A stretch of 64,000 bases of DNA from Paraspadella gotoi (lineage: Eukaryota; Animalia; Chaetognatha), in NCBI GenBank assembly GCA_051294375.1, contig CM119264.1, forward strand, positions 20,612,248 to 20,676,247, given 5' to 3'. The notes under the pieces are model-generated. The model saw only the letters and a program-made list of their open reading frames with translations, made no database searches and was not told the origin of the DNA. The translations under genes and the position numbers were made by a program. Below, one piece after another: positions 27,301-39,032 of this stretch. Each line of letters begins with the position of its first letter. Position 1 is the stretch's first letter.

Positions 27301-29128
27301 TCAACTATCTAGTAATCAAGTTCCATTAGTAAAGCAGTGAGAAAGTTAAAATGTGTATCTATTTTTTTTGTTTCAAACAATTCAAATATTTTTTGTTTGA
27401 ATTTTTCTTTGATTATGACTTACTGTAATATGCAAATTAGATTATAATATTTTTTTATTAATTTTCTTTGATAATAAGGTCTGGCAAGATCATTATACTT
27501 TTTAAGATTTTTTTTTATATTGCTTTAATTCTTTTGTGTCTCTCTTACATATATATCGTCATTAAAAGATATGAAAAAAATAAAACATGTAATTTTGTAT
27601 ATTTTCATATTTTGAAAAATTTTTTAAAAATATTTACGATAAAAAAATAGAAAAAAATAATTGCTATTTTGTTAAAGAGCAGGTGCAAGTGAAGATTTAG
27701 TGGGTGCAGATAAAATTTTTTGAATGTTCCTTTATCTTACAAAAGGCCTCATATTTTTTAAAGCCTTCTAGTAAAATAAGGTAAAAATACAAAGAAGATT
27801 TAATACGACTGTTCTTTTGTTTCAGAAAAGATATACTAAAACTAAATTTCATTGCTATTTTATTTTAAAAACGCTCTTTTGTTTGTAGAGCCATCGGGTT
27901 TTTTAAGATCAAAACAGGCAAAAATTTGTTATTTTGTGTAAAGCGATGAAAGTGAAGATCTAGTGGGTGCAGACAGAAGAGAAAATTTCTATAGAAAGTA
28001 AAGGGAAAATGCTCATAGTAAAAAAAGTAAGAGACAAATCCTTTTAGTAGGTAGCAAAATTATAAAGACGAAAAAAAAAATAAAAAAAAATTAGAGCTAT
28101 TGGAAAAAAAAAATTCAGGGGGTAAGTAAATCGCGATTTACAATTTCGCCAACTGCTCAGACACTGGACTCTGGAAACACTTGTAACTGGCTGGGTCAGG
28201 TTCGTTATCGACGAATCTGTCGCAGGAAAAAAGTGAACGACCGGTTTTTATTTCTTTCCCCCCTCGCCTCTATACCAATCGCTGGTCAACCGCTTCCGTC
28301 ATGTACCATTTCCTCTTCGTCTTCTTATAAGGGGCAAAATTGTTTTCTTAAATAGGTAATAGACAATTTTTTTGGTTTACCTAGTAGTTAACTGAATAAA
28401 AGTAGGCAATTTTTAATTGAGGAAAGGAGCTTTAAAACTAAGATATAACTGACAAACTTATGATCCAATTTGCTAAGATTTAAAAGGGAAATATTATCTT
28501 TAATAATTTAAAACCAAATAATATTAAATTAAATTTAAAATTAAAAAAATAACAAAATAAGATATTTTTCAGAATTAATTTTTAAACAAAATCTTTATCA
28601 AATATAAAACTTTAATTTGCTCAACATTGAAATTCAATTAGTTTTAGCCAAAATATTTTTAAAATATTTTTAATGAAATACTTTGGGAGCTCAAATGATT
28701 TGAACAAAGACGACGACGACGACGAAAACGACGACGAATACAACGACGAAGACGACGACGAAGTCTTTGTACTTTGTGACCCGTAGTATCGTAGTGGTCA
28801 ATAAGAATGACCTGTTTTACCTGATCTTGTTATGGCTGACCTTTTTTCTCAGTCAATGTAAATACGAGTTGTTATTGAATATTGTTATTATTTTTATCTT
28901 TTTGGCTTTTTACCTGTTTTGATAATATAGCTTTTTTCTTCATTACGAAAAACACGCCTCGAATTTTTCTCCAAATTCTCGTTTTGAGTCACCGCAATTG
29001 GTATTGCCCGACGCTTCTTTTGGACATTCTTATTCTTGCGCAACCTTCTAGACAATTTTTTTTTTCTCTCTCCTTGTTATCGTCATATTTAGTTTTGTCT
29101 ACGTTTTCAACGTATGGTCAGTCCAAAG

Positions 29129-29962
29129 ATGGAGTACGTTGGTCCACGCCCCGCAACGATTCCGCGCCAAGCCCAGGCGCCTTGCAGCGCCAATCAGCTC
29201 TCGTTACGTCAGAGGCGGCGACCCGTCGCCCCGAGATTCCTCGAACCCCTGGCAAACGTCTCTTGGCGCCCGTTTCGCCCAAATCCGCGCCGACAGTGAT
29301 TCAACAAACGCCCGCATCGACGAACTCAGAGGCCTCGTCCTCTCGTTGCAGTCAACTCTCATGCCACTCTGACCGCGTTATCGAGACCTTCGGAGACGCG
29401 AGCGGAAACCGAAATGCAGCAGCAGCGGGAGAGCCCCTCTCTCCGCCGCTCCGCCACCGACGCCGGCCTCATTCCAGATGACCAGACGCAGGCAAAGAGA
29501 GTGAGGATTGAAGAGCCAGCGTCGTTCCTAGGCGGGACTCCGCGCACTCCACCGTTCGCGACGCCTCTCGTTAACCCTTTGTCTCCTCGCGGCGGCTCAC
29601 CCGAGCACGCCCCAACCCGCGCCGGCGCCGGGATGCGATTTCCGCGTCGCCGCTTACGGCGCCTCCACCCCCTACTCGGCTCGAACGCCTAAACTCCCTC
29701 CATTTGATTCTAAAACATTCCCGTATGGTTGGCCGGAGTTGACGCCGCATTTGTCGCCGCCGACGTTACCGACGATGCCACCATGGCATCCCACATTTTT
29801 GCGGCTCTTCCCTCGGAGCATCAACCACTTTTCGAGGATTTTTATCGATCTGGCCATCGCCCCTCATACGCTCAGGTTTATGCGAGACTTATAAAACTGT
29901 TTGGCGAAAAACCAAGACAGTTGGCGCAGAGGATGCTGCGCCCGATGACGCTCAGCCGATGA
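29129..29962 (+). pseudogene. Frameshifted Ty3/gypsy-type gag fragment
   Basis: GC-rich block. Correcting one frameshift at ~29715 gives TPKLPPFDSKNIPVWLAGVDAAFVAADVTDDATMASHIFAALPSEHQPLFEDFYRSGHRPSYAQVYARLIKLFGEKPRQLAQRML. This fits the KLPxF..P..W...F....IT.D.T...H....LP...Y..L...LI..F gag pattern (DUF7041-like). No pol or LTR pair seen. Confidence 0.65.
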
Positions 29963-30237
29963 CTCCCAAAATACAAAATAATTTTGTAAAAAAAAATTAA
30001 TGGCTAAAAATATTTATTCAGATTTAACCAAGTTTGGTGACAGGGGTTGGAGTCCATTATATAGTTGTTTTTAATTAAGATAAACATTTTTCAGAATGTT
30101 CAAAATTATCATTTTTTATTTTGATTTAAAATTTTTGTTAATGATAAAAAAATAGAAGGAAACCTTTTTTTGATTTTTTATTTGAAAATCTAATTAGAGA
30201 GAAAAAAAATTGTAACAACAATGTTTTTTATTATGAT

Positions 30238-30284
30238 TAAACATACATGTTTCGACTTAATTTGCAAGTCTTTATCAGTGATTA
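30238..30284 (-). ncRNA. Degenerate hammerhead copy (core CUGAUAA)
   Basis: Reverse complement reads TAATCA-CTGATAA-A-GACTT-gcaaatt-AAGTC-GAAACATGTA-TGTTTA. It is the inverted partner of 30750-30796 with a G8-to-A core substitution. Confidence 0.6.
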
Positions 30285-30749
30285 TTTAGTTTTGATAGTA
30301 CATAATTTTTTTTTCACAAGTAAGCAGTGAGAGGGATGGAGGGAAAGAGAGAGAGAGAGAGAGAAATAAATGTTTCCAACAAAGAATTAAAAAAATGACA
30401 GTGGTCAGTTTTGAGGACAGGGTAAGTTTGAGCAGAAAGAAAGAAGGTGGTGAGGAAAAAAAATTGAAATTTGGCAGAGAGAAAAAAAGATGTATAATCT
30501 ATAAGATGTATAAGATGTATAATGTATTGATCTAATTGTTGAACTCTGCATCTCTCTTTCTCTCTTTCTTTCTCTCTCTGCCAAATTTTAATTTCTTTTC
30601 CTCACCACCTTCTCTCTCTCTGCTCAAACTTACCCTGTCCTCAAAACTGACCACTGTCCTTTTTTGATTTCTTTGTTAAAAACATTTATTTTTCTCTCTC
30701 TCTCACTGTTTACTTGTGAAACAAAAAATTATGTATCATCAAAATTAAA

Positions 30750-30796
30750 TAAGCACTGATGAAGATTTGCAAATTAAGTCGAAACATGTATGTTTA
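30750..30796 (+). ncRNA. Minimal type I hammerhead ribozyme motif (Penelope-type)
   Basis: TAAGCA-CTGATGA-A-GATTT-gcaaatt-AAGTC-GAAAC-AT-GTA-TGTTTA: stem I taagca/tgttta, intact core, palindromic ACATGT stem III, GUA triplet. Confidence 0.75.
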
Positions 30797-32381
30797 ATCA
30801 TAATAAAAGTCGTTGTTGTTAAAGAAACTTTTTTTTTCTCTAAATCTTAAAAACATAACGAAAGAAAGAAACAATACAATATTTGAAAATTATATCCATA
30901 GGATATTTACTTTCTATATTGAGCTCGAATTTTTTAATATAATCAGCTTGGCAGGTATTGAGTAATCCATATCATATTCTGCAAAGAATTCAAGTAAGCT
31001 TTGCCATTCTTAATAAGATACAAAATATTTTTGGGCGACTTGAGTCTTGGGTACATTGTTACATCATCTTTGATCAAGGTTTTAATCTTGTCAATCATAT
31101 CAGGATACAACTGAATTAAGTACATTGCAAATCTCTTTAAATGTATGCATCCTCATTGTTATTACTAATTTCTTCATTATCTATTAATTAATGATTTAAT
31201 TAATTAATATCAATGAATTAATCTTCCTTAATAATTTTATTGGTTTTGGTTCTGGTAGTAACCAAGTAGATTACAGACTTAATGCCATGCTACTATTGAT
31301 AATCATATTTCATACCATCTGGGAAAAGTATTTTTGGGCTTAAAATATAGTAATAACAAATTGAAAATATAGTTGATAACAAAATTAAAACAATAAAAGA
31401 AAATATATTGTTTTATTTATCTTTAAAAATAGATATAAGCAAAATATTTTGATTCAGAAATTGCCTATCTTAATTAAGAAAAATCATTTCTTTACCTAGG
31501 CAATTTCAGAAACACTTTGCTCAGTTAATCAGGCAAAATATTACCTAAGTTCACCCCTTAGTCTTCTACTTATTCTGGAGTTTTTATCGATTTTCTCGGT
31601 GAACAATGCGGATTATAACTTCTACATTTTAGCTATAAAAGATAAGTCGCAATGAGCTCCGAGAAAAGTTATAACCACTTAGTTCTTACGGCGCTTACGG
31701 CGCTCATTTAGATTTATTAAAATTAGAGGCAAAAGCATTTCTACTGGAGTATTATCTCCAGAGACATTTCAATGCCATGATGACGAAAGCAAAACAATTC
31801 TAAATATCTAAATTTTTTTTCTCCTACGTATACCGCATAATGATAATCTGTCGTCTGAATATTTCTTATTTTTGTTTTCTTGTTACTTTTAAGTCATTAA
31901 CCAATATAAACGTGTTTAGTTTAGAAATTTTAAATTTCAATTTCAAATGATATAATTTTAATCTTGAGTTGGGGCTCCAATTTATTGTCTTTTGTTTTTG
32001 ACAACCAATGGTTCTCAAGATTTTAACGAGAGAGGTCCTCTCTGCATTGAGGATTCTCCTTTAAACTGGTAAGCACATGTCCTTGAAAGCAAACGCAGCG
32101 GTAGATGCTACTTGCATGCTCCTTGCACACCGAACCTCGCCTGCTAATACCCGGCGTCAATCTCTTGCATATCCTGATTGGAAACTGTTGAATAATTATA
32201 GTTCAACTCTTCTGTGTTTTAAACTCGTTCTTCTCTTTTGAAGGTTATGTTCTCTGTAGGATGACGTGACCTTTAGCATGGAAGAAAACGCAGTATCCGA
32301 TTTATTTCAAATTTATTTCTGGATTGACTTTGATTCGTTTCAGGTATAAAAAGGCGTTGTAAACAATAATATAGGATAAAT

Positions 32382-33765
32382 ATGGCCGTTCCGCCTTCGT
32401 ACAGCGATTTGGGCAAAGCCGCTAAGGATTTGCTTAACAAGGGATACAACTACGGAGGTATCATCAATGAGAATCCAGACTATTAAAACTTATGATTGAA
32501 ACGACTGATAATTTTATTCTGGTAATTAACGTACATTCATTCCTAGGAATAAACTGCGAGGTGAAGACATCAACTTCCTCCGGTGTCAGCCTAACCACTT
32601 CTGGTTCATCTAATCTCGAATCTGGCAAAGTTGCTGGGAGCCTGAAGACGGAATACCCGGTCAAGGTGCATCAGAATGAAAAGAGCCGTGGTACATAATT
32701 TCAATGTCTTTACATGGCATTTAAGCAGTCTTCGTAGCTAATCGGTCAGCCATGTCTTTATCTGTCGATAATGTTGTTTTTACAGAAATATGGATTTTCT
32801 TTCTCTCAAAAATTGACCACTGACAACATTCTTAACTCAGAATTTTCAATCGACGACAAACTAATGAAAGGTGACTTTTTTTTGAAAATAGTTATCGTTT
32901 TTTAGCCAATTAAAGTGGTTAATTTTTTTCACAGGCTTAAAGCTGACATTAGAAACATCTTTTGCGCCGGCGAGTAGCAAGACTTCTGGCGTACTTAAAT
33001 CTTCTTTCAAGCATCCGCATTTGGCCACGGACGTGGACATTGATTTTGCCGGACCAACCGTTCATGGCGCAGCCGTGCTGGGATACGAAGGCTGGGTTGC
33101 TGGTTACCAGGTTCAAAAAGACGGGTTATAGAAATATTTGAAAATAACGGTAATATTCCCCAATTAGTTTTATCTCTACTTTTTTAGCTAGCGTTCGACG
33201 CTGCCGCCCGAAAACTGACAAAATCTAACTTGGCTCTTGGATTCAGAGCCTCTGATTTTCACATCCACACGGCCGTCAACGACGGAAACGAGTTCGTCGG
33301 ATCAATTTATCAGAAGCTCAGCCCTAAATTGGAAACTGGTCTGTCAGTCAGAAATATTTGGCGTCTTCAATTTGTTTTTCTCGGACGAATAACGCCTCTG
33401 CTTTCCTCATCGGCGCAGGTGTAAATATTTCGTGGGCCAATGGTTCGGCGACTAGTTTCGCTCTCGCCTCGAAGATGGCGCTTGACGCCGACGCAACTAT
33501 CGCAGCTAAGGTGATAATGTTCACATCGTGAAATACAACATTTAACGCATACCTTACTGGGCATATGAAATAAAACACACCTGACATCCTTTAAGTTTAA
33601 TCGCTTTATTAAAACCATTAGGTGAACAACGCAGGACATGTGGGCGTGTCATATGCGCAAAACCTCCGACACGGCGTCAAGCTGACGCTGAGTTCACTGG
33701 TAGACGCCCGAAATTTCGGTGCCGGGGGCCACAAACTGGGACTTGGACTTGAATTTCAACATTAA
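32382..33765 (+). CDS. VDAC: Voltage-dependent anion channel (mitochondrial porin), 7 exons, 280 aa
   Basis: Exons 32382-32457, 32547-32665, 32786-32870, 32935-33110, 33188-33338, 33419-33510, 33622-33765: [25 protein letters not shown]...[15 protein letters not shown]...[25 protein letters not shown]...[14 protein letters not shown]...[30 protein letters not shown]. The N-helix and C-terminal beta-signal are diagnostic. Confidence 0.97.
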
Positions 33766-34148
33766 ATCGTGTGCACTAATTAAAAACTAAATCGTTAAAA
33801 CCTACGACAAAAACTAAAACAAATGAAGGATTTTAATAAAAATTTCGTATATTTAGTGCCCGTCGGTGAATCCAGATATGAGAAGTTTTAGTACAGTAAC
33901 CGAAACTATTGAGACTGTTTTAGGTTGTTTTGTAGCGAGCAGTGGCGTTTTTTCACTCGCATTACTATAATTATGGTCACTTGAGTTTTTTTACTCGCTC
34001 ATAATTTTGTTCTCTGTACAATTTATTCTTTTTTCTTTTTATACTGCTTACTCTCTATTAATTTTAAAGTCAGAATATTTTAATTTTATTTTTGTTTTGT
34101 TGTAGCCAGGTTTTTCGGAGGCGAAAAGCTCCGATTCCGCGATTCACA

Positions 34149-34571
34149 ATGGCGGGATTATTTAGCAGGTATTTTCCCACCCCGTCTCCGTTTAAAATGT
34201 GGCCCAAAGTTTATTTCCATCTTCATTTTTCAGACTTTTCTCGAACGTTTCGGCGCGGTCTTCTCTGTTCCTTTATTATGCCAAGCACGAATTGGCGCCC
34301 CCTTTGTCACCCGCCGAGTTTTCGAAGGTCGCCAAAGATTTGGGCGAGCTCGGGACCTCCATAACGACGGTATGTCGGGATGACTAAAATGTTTCATGGA
34401 CGCTTTTTACCTGACGACTCTTTTTACGTGACGATTTCCGATTAGGGTCGATTTTTGACCAACACTACAAAAGAAGCCGCAGTCAAGACTTTGATCGGCG
34501 TAGAAATTCTTATGTGGTTCTACGTCGGCGAGGTTATTGGAAAGGGCAGCCTCATCGGCTACGACGTATAA
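34149..34571 (+). CDS. ATP5MG: Mitochondrial ATP synthase subunit g, 3 exons, 93 aa
   Basis: Exons 34149-34168, 34234-34369, 34446-34571: MAGLFSRLFSNVSARSSLFLYYAKHELAPPLSPAEF...TTKEAAVKTLIGVEILMWFYVGEVIGKGSLIGYDV*. Contains YAKxELxPP and WFYVGExIG (GxxxG) motifs. Confidence 0.96.
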
Positions 34572-34935
34572 GCCGGAGCGGCTGTTCATAGCGTAACTAT
34601 GGTCGCCAACTTTGTGTGCCGCGTCGTTGGGGTTGAAGCAAGAAGCCCCCTACGACGTTGAGTACTTGGATAGGAATTTTGTTTTCTGCGACATTTTTTT
34701 AACATGTTTATGCTTATATGGCTTTTTATTTTACAATCATGTCTGTATTAAAAGTATCAGAACTAATTAGTAACTTTTTTGTAAAGATTGAAAAGATAAT
34801 TTATTAAAATGTTTTGTTCTAGAAAAATTAATCGTGTTTAAAATTTTGCGGGAGATTTTCTCGTGTCTCTTTCGAAATTTTTCTTTTCTAATCATGTAAT
34901 TTCATCCAAGGACAGTTTAAAAGTACACGTTGAAT

Positions 34936-36485
34936 ATGATTTCCGCCAAATCTTTGACGCTCATTCGCGCCGCGTGCAGCGTAACCGCCGGTAGCGCCGC
35001 CATTTCTTTGGGTCATGAGACTCGAGCTATGACGGCAGCGTCCAACAGCGCGCTCACAGTTTCAATCGAGGACGCTCCCTCGAGTTCACGAATTCGCTTT
35101 CTGGGCGACGCCAAGATACGGAGGCCTTCTTCTGGCGATGGAGTCCCGCCTATGGAACGAAGCGGCGAGATGAATACCTCCGATCCCGATTCGCTCGCCG
35201 AGGAACTCCCCGGCGCCGTTCCGACAGTCAAAAACTCGGTTTACTTCTGGGCTCTCGTTTTCAAAAATTTGACAAACGGTTTGACTTATCCCCGACGATC
35301 ATCGTCGGTTGATGGCGAGGAAGCCATTCATGACGCTGCGGAAAAGAAACATTCCTTCTATCCCAAAGAAAAGGAACTGAATAACAAACTTGTTGGATTT
35401 TGTCGACACTTCGTTTCTTCTCCGAGTCTCAAGGACACTACGCTAAAAACAGTCACTGGTTAGTATTGAAAAAAATTTTGTCGATGTTATAAAAACTGCT
35501 TTTAGCAATAAGTTAAGTAATTAAAAGTTAAATTGTTCTAACGCTTAAAATGCTATTATTATCAGCCTCTCGCCACCTTTTCTTCGTTCGCCACGGGCAA
35601 TATTTCAGCAACCGAAAATCCGAACGTGAAAGATGCCTCACCAACGTTGGTCGAGAGCAGCTCGCTCTTACCGGAAAAAGATTGAAAGAAATTGGGACCA
35701 GTTACTCCAAGATCGTAGCATCCACGATGAAAAGAGCACAGGAGTCGGCAGAGATCATTAGGAAATGCATTGGGTTCGTTAAAATTTATCTTTCTGCACA
35801 AAAAACTGTTTCAATGTATGCCGTCCAGGTTTTTATGCGATTTCAATTTTACAGAAGAACAGACCTCCCTTTCGACAGCGACCCCTTACTAGAGGAGGGC
35901 GCTCCTATTGTGCCTGAACCTCCTTTGCGCAACTGGCGCCCCACCCAAAGACAGTTTCAAACTGACGGTGAGCGAATCGAGGCCGCCTTCCTCAAGTATT
36001 TTCAAAAGGCAGACAATGCGGCCACGCACGACTCTCATGAGATCATAGTCTGTCACGCAAACGTCATCAGGTGATTGTCAAATTAGTGCAATTTAATTAC
36101 TTGGGAGCGTTGACAGTTGGACTTGCTCTTGTAGATTTAATTTTAAAGTATGGATTTTATTTTTTACATGGTTCTTTTCGAACTGTCAAATTTTAGCTTG
36201 TTTCGTATTATTCATAGAATTCCTTCGCTTCGGTTTTTCAGATATTTTGTGTGTCGTGCGCTGGAAGTCCCTCCCGAGGCTTGGTTGCGAATGTGGTTCG
36301 TATGAATGAATAATTTAAAATTCATAATTCTCTTTCACGATATCACTACCCTTCTTTCAAATTCTCTTGGTAGGTTGAATCACGGTTCCATCACTTGGTT
36401 GACGATTCGTCCTTCCGGTCGAGTTATTCTTAATGCCATGGGAGCCTCTGGATACATGCCTCCCTCGCGCCTTACGTCATCTTGA
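34936..36485 (+). CDS. PGAM5: PGAM5 mitochondrial Ser/Thr/His phosphatase, 5 exons, ~370 aa
   Basis: Exons 34936-35458, 35566-35773, 35855-36070, 36242-36295, 36374-36485: ...[13 protein letters not shown]...LTNVGREQ...[13 protein letters not shown]...[13 protein letters not shown]...DGERIEAAF...[47 protein letters not shown]...GYMPP. The extent of the first exon is less certain. Confidence 0.94.
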
Positions 36486-36732
36486 TCCATGTCCCAACCG
36501 AACCTCTCTCATTACATGACGCTGATTGAATGAGTCTGTTATTGTTTCAAAAAAGTTTTTGTTCATATTATTTGATTATTATATATAGTTTATGTAGTAT
36601 ATAATAATATGTTTTCTTTGCTTATTTCTGTATTGATAAAACTAGGCTGTACAAAAATTTAATGCAGCTCAGCTAGATTGAAAAAATGTAATGAACATTG
36701 TACTGGGGATTTGTTTTAGTTACATAGTTAAT

Positions 36733-36760
36733 CTAGTAGTACGTTCTCAAGAGAACGCAA
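36733..36760 (-). mobile_element. Helitron-like 3' terminus
   Basis: Reverse strand has a CGTTCTC-tt-GAGAACG hairpin followed by TACTA-CTAG. The 5' end was not located. Confidence 0.3.
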
Positions 36761-37683
36761 GCCATCCTATGATTAACGTCAGGTTCGAAAATTTTAACAA
36801 AAGACCATCAGTTTGATCATTTTGCTCATTATGAAACTTCGCTAACCTTGAGTGAGTAAATATGAAGTGATGCTATATCACCATGTTAATATGATTTAAT
36901 AATAGTTATTGATAATTTTAAATTTTAGAAAAGTTACTTATCCCGGGTCTTGCAAGAAAACTAATCGCAAGGCTAGCCATAGCCGATGAAATTTAAATGC
37001 TAATGTATACAGCGTTAAAATAATCTATCTTGACCATAGATTATGGTATTAAAATATTTTTTGTCAAAAATGCTTTCTTCTGAGGGTACTAGCCTAATTA
37101 AAAATATTATATTACTATATAGAGCAAAAAATATTTTTTTTTAAATCTTAAAATTTTTTATGGATTCTGATAGAGCATAAAAAGTTAAACAAGAAATATA
37201 ATTACAGCTTTTAAAAATTCTTACGTTTTCTAAGTGAAAATATAAAAAAACTGATAAAATCATCGAAAGATGATGATTTTTTACGGTTTTTCTTATTTTT
37301 GACACATCGTAAAAATATTTAAAAAAGAATTATACTTCGTGTAGACAACTTTTTATGAGCTATCTGAATCTGGTCTTAAAATTTAAAAATTCCCAAAAAA
37401 ATTTTTGGCCTTTCCTATCTATAAATAAATATTACAAAATTAATTACTAGGGTATAGAGCCATATTATAAATTTTTTGTCCATTGAAAGTATTCTTAAAA
37501 ATGTCTAAATATTCGTTTGAGCATGTACTCGCTCAAAATTTTTGACTCGCCCCATTGAGTGCGGCTACCCCTCGAAAGGCGTACCGTTTCTGTTTATTTT
37601 TTTTTATTTATTTATTATTATTATTATTAGAATTTTTTTTTTTTTTAACCGTTTACCGTATCCTGCTTTAACTATGGATAGTA

Positions 37684-38278
37684 GGCGTAGTGAAAGTTAC
37701 ATACGAAAATTCTAAAAATCAATTATGAATAACATATTATCCGTGAACATTAATTTATTCAAAAAAATATATTTTTTTTAAAATTTTCCCAGTAGGTTAT
37801 ATTTATATATAGTATTATCCTTATAAAATTAAAAAAATTTAAAATAAACTTTTCTTATTTTTGATTGCAGGTTTGAATTCCTGGTCAAAAGTTGATAAAA
37901 GAAAATATAAATCATTTTTAAAATTTTTTTAAGTGGGTTAAAAATTTTAAAAACTATATTTAATATAAAAAATTAATTTTTAACTTAAAATATAGTTTTT
38001 TATCATTTTTGACCCACTTAATGAAGGAATTTTTAAAAAAAAGTTATATTTCTTTCTATCAACTTTTTATGATGAATCCAAATCTGCAAAAAAATCTTAG
38101 AAAAAGCTGTTTTAAAATTTTAACATTTATTGTTTTAGTACTAGTATAAATATGGCCTACTGCATAAATTATAAAATTTGTTAAATTTTTTTTTATTACA
38201 TAAATGTTCATTAGTATGTTGTTCGTTCCTCACTTTTAGAATTTTAATTAAAGTTAAATTTAGAAATTTTACTACGCC
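37684..38278 (+). mobile_element. MITE family A, full copy (TIR GGCGTAGT...ACTACGCC); PIF/Harbinger- or Zator-like
   Basis: Non-coding, ~600 bp, with terminal inverted repeats and a TTA flank on the right. Near-identical copies at 1-333, 2267-3268 and (reverse) 21302-21843. Confidence 0.8.
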
Positions 38279-38982
38279 TTAATGGATAAACCTAAAAAAA
38301 ATTTTGAACCTTAGAGAACAAAAATGGTCTACGGAAAAAGAACAAGTTAAGAGAGGCAGGAGTTTGAGGGTAGTCGGCTGGAAGCAGGAATAAAAGCAAG
38401 ATAAAGAAAAGACCAGAGAAAAGAGAAGCAGTGAAGATTTTTCAAAGTTGAAACTAATGAGTTGCTCCTCGGCGCCAGAAGAGAACCGCGCGTCTTCAAT
38501 GGATAAGAAGAAAAGAAGGAAAAAGAAAATTAATGGGGGAGAAAAAAGAAGTACTAAGAACGATAAGGTCGCGTTGTAGGGGTGGGGCAAGAAACGCACA
38601 AAGGAATTAATATTAGAAAATTATACAGGATTTAAAGATGCTTTAGTAGGATTTTTTTTTTGTTCGCGTCGAGGGTTTAATTTTTGGGCATATTTTACCA
38701 TCAAAAATAAAACGTTCGTTATTTAATTTTTTTTATAGTTTCCTTGGGTTACCTTACCATGGTTGTCTGAACGATTTGAGATACAATAAAAAAATGGGTG
38801 CCAAAAGATTTTTGTCTTTTTACTTTTGCAATGAAACAATAACAAATTTTAAACAACTGCAGGGCGTTGTGGATGTTTTCAAATCATTTAATCATTTTTA
38901 TACGCGCACCTTACATTGATTTTCTCTTGGCTTTTATACTATGCAACGTTTTTGAATTGTGCAACAAATTTTTATTTAATCA

Positions 38983-39032
38983 ATACGGACATGTTTCGGC
39001 TTGTAGTTTTCAAGCCTTCATCAGCGTCTATT
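38983..39032 (-). ncRNA. Minimal type I hammerhead ribozyme motif (Penelope-type)
   Basis: Reverse complement reads ACG-CTGATGA-A-GGCTTG-aaaacta-CAAGCC-GAAAC-AT-GTC-CGT: intact core, 6-bp stem II, ACATGT palindrome, canonical GUC triplet. Confidence 0.8.

Larger units (their letters stand above)
30213..30821. mobile_element. Inverted pair of Penelope pseudo-LTR-like units (~600 bp palindrome)
   Basis: About 30213-30489 is the diverged reverse complement of about 30566-30821. The spacer has GATGTATAA repeats. Each arm ends in a hammerhead. A related single unit lies at ~38983-39260 (shared AGTGGTCAG..TGAGGACAGG). Confidence 0.7.

Noticed and set aside
26933-27340. 135-aa ORF with NFFNLH repeats; possible CRISPR-like array
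   Set aside because: It is a head-to-tail 18-bp minisatellite with no unique spacers and no cas genes, in eukaryotic DNA.
29129-29962. Domesticated Arc/PNMA-like gag gene
   Set aside because: Several frameshifts and stops and a truncated capsid region indicate decay, not domestication.
31990-32280. Divergent small gene or snoRNA upstream of VDAC (hairpin at ~32031-32059; Cys-containing minus frame)
   Set aside because: No complete box motifs or consistent start/splice model; most likely promoter or outron sequence.
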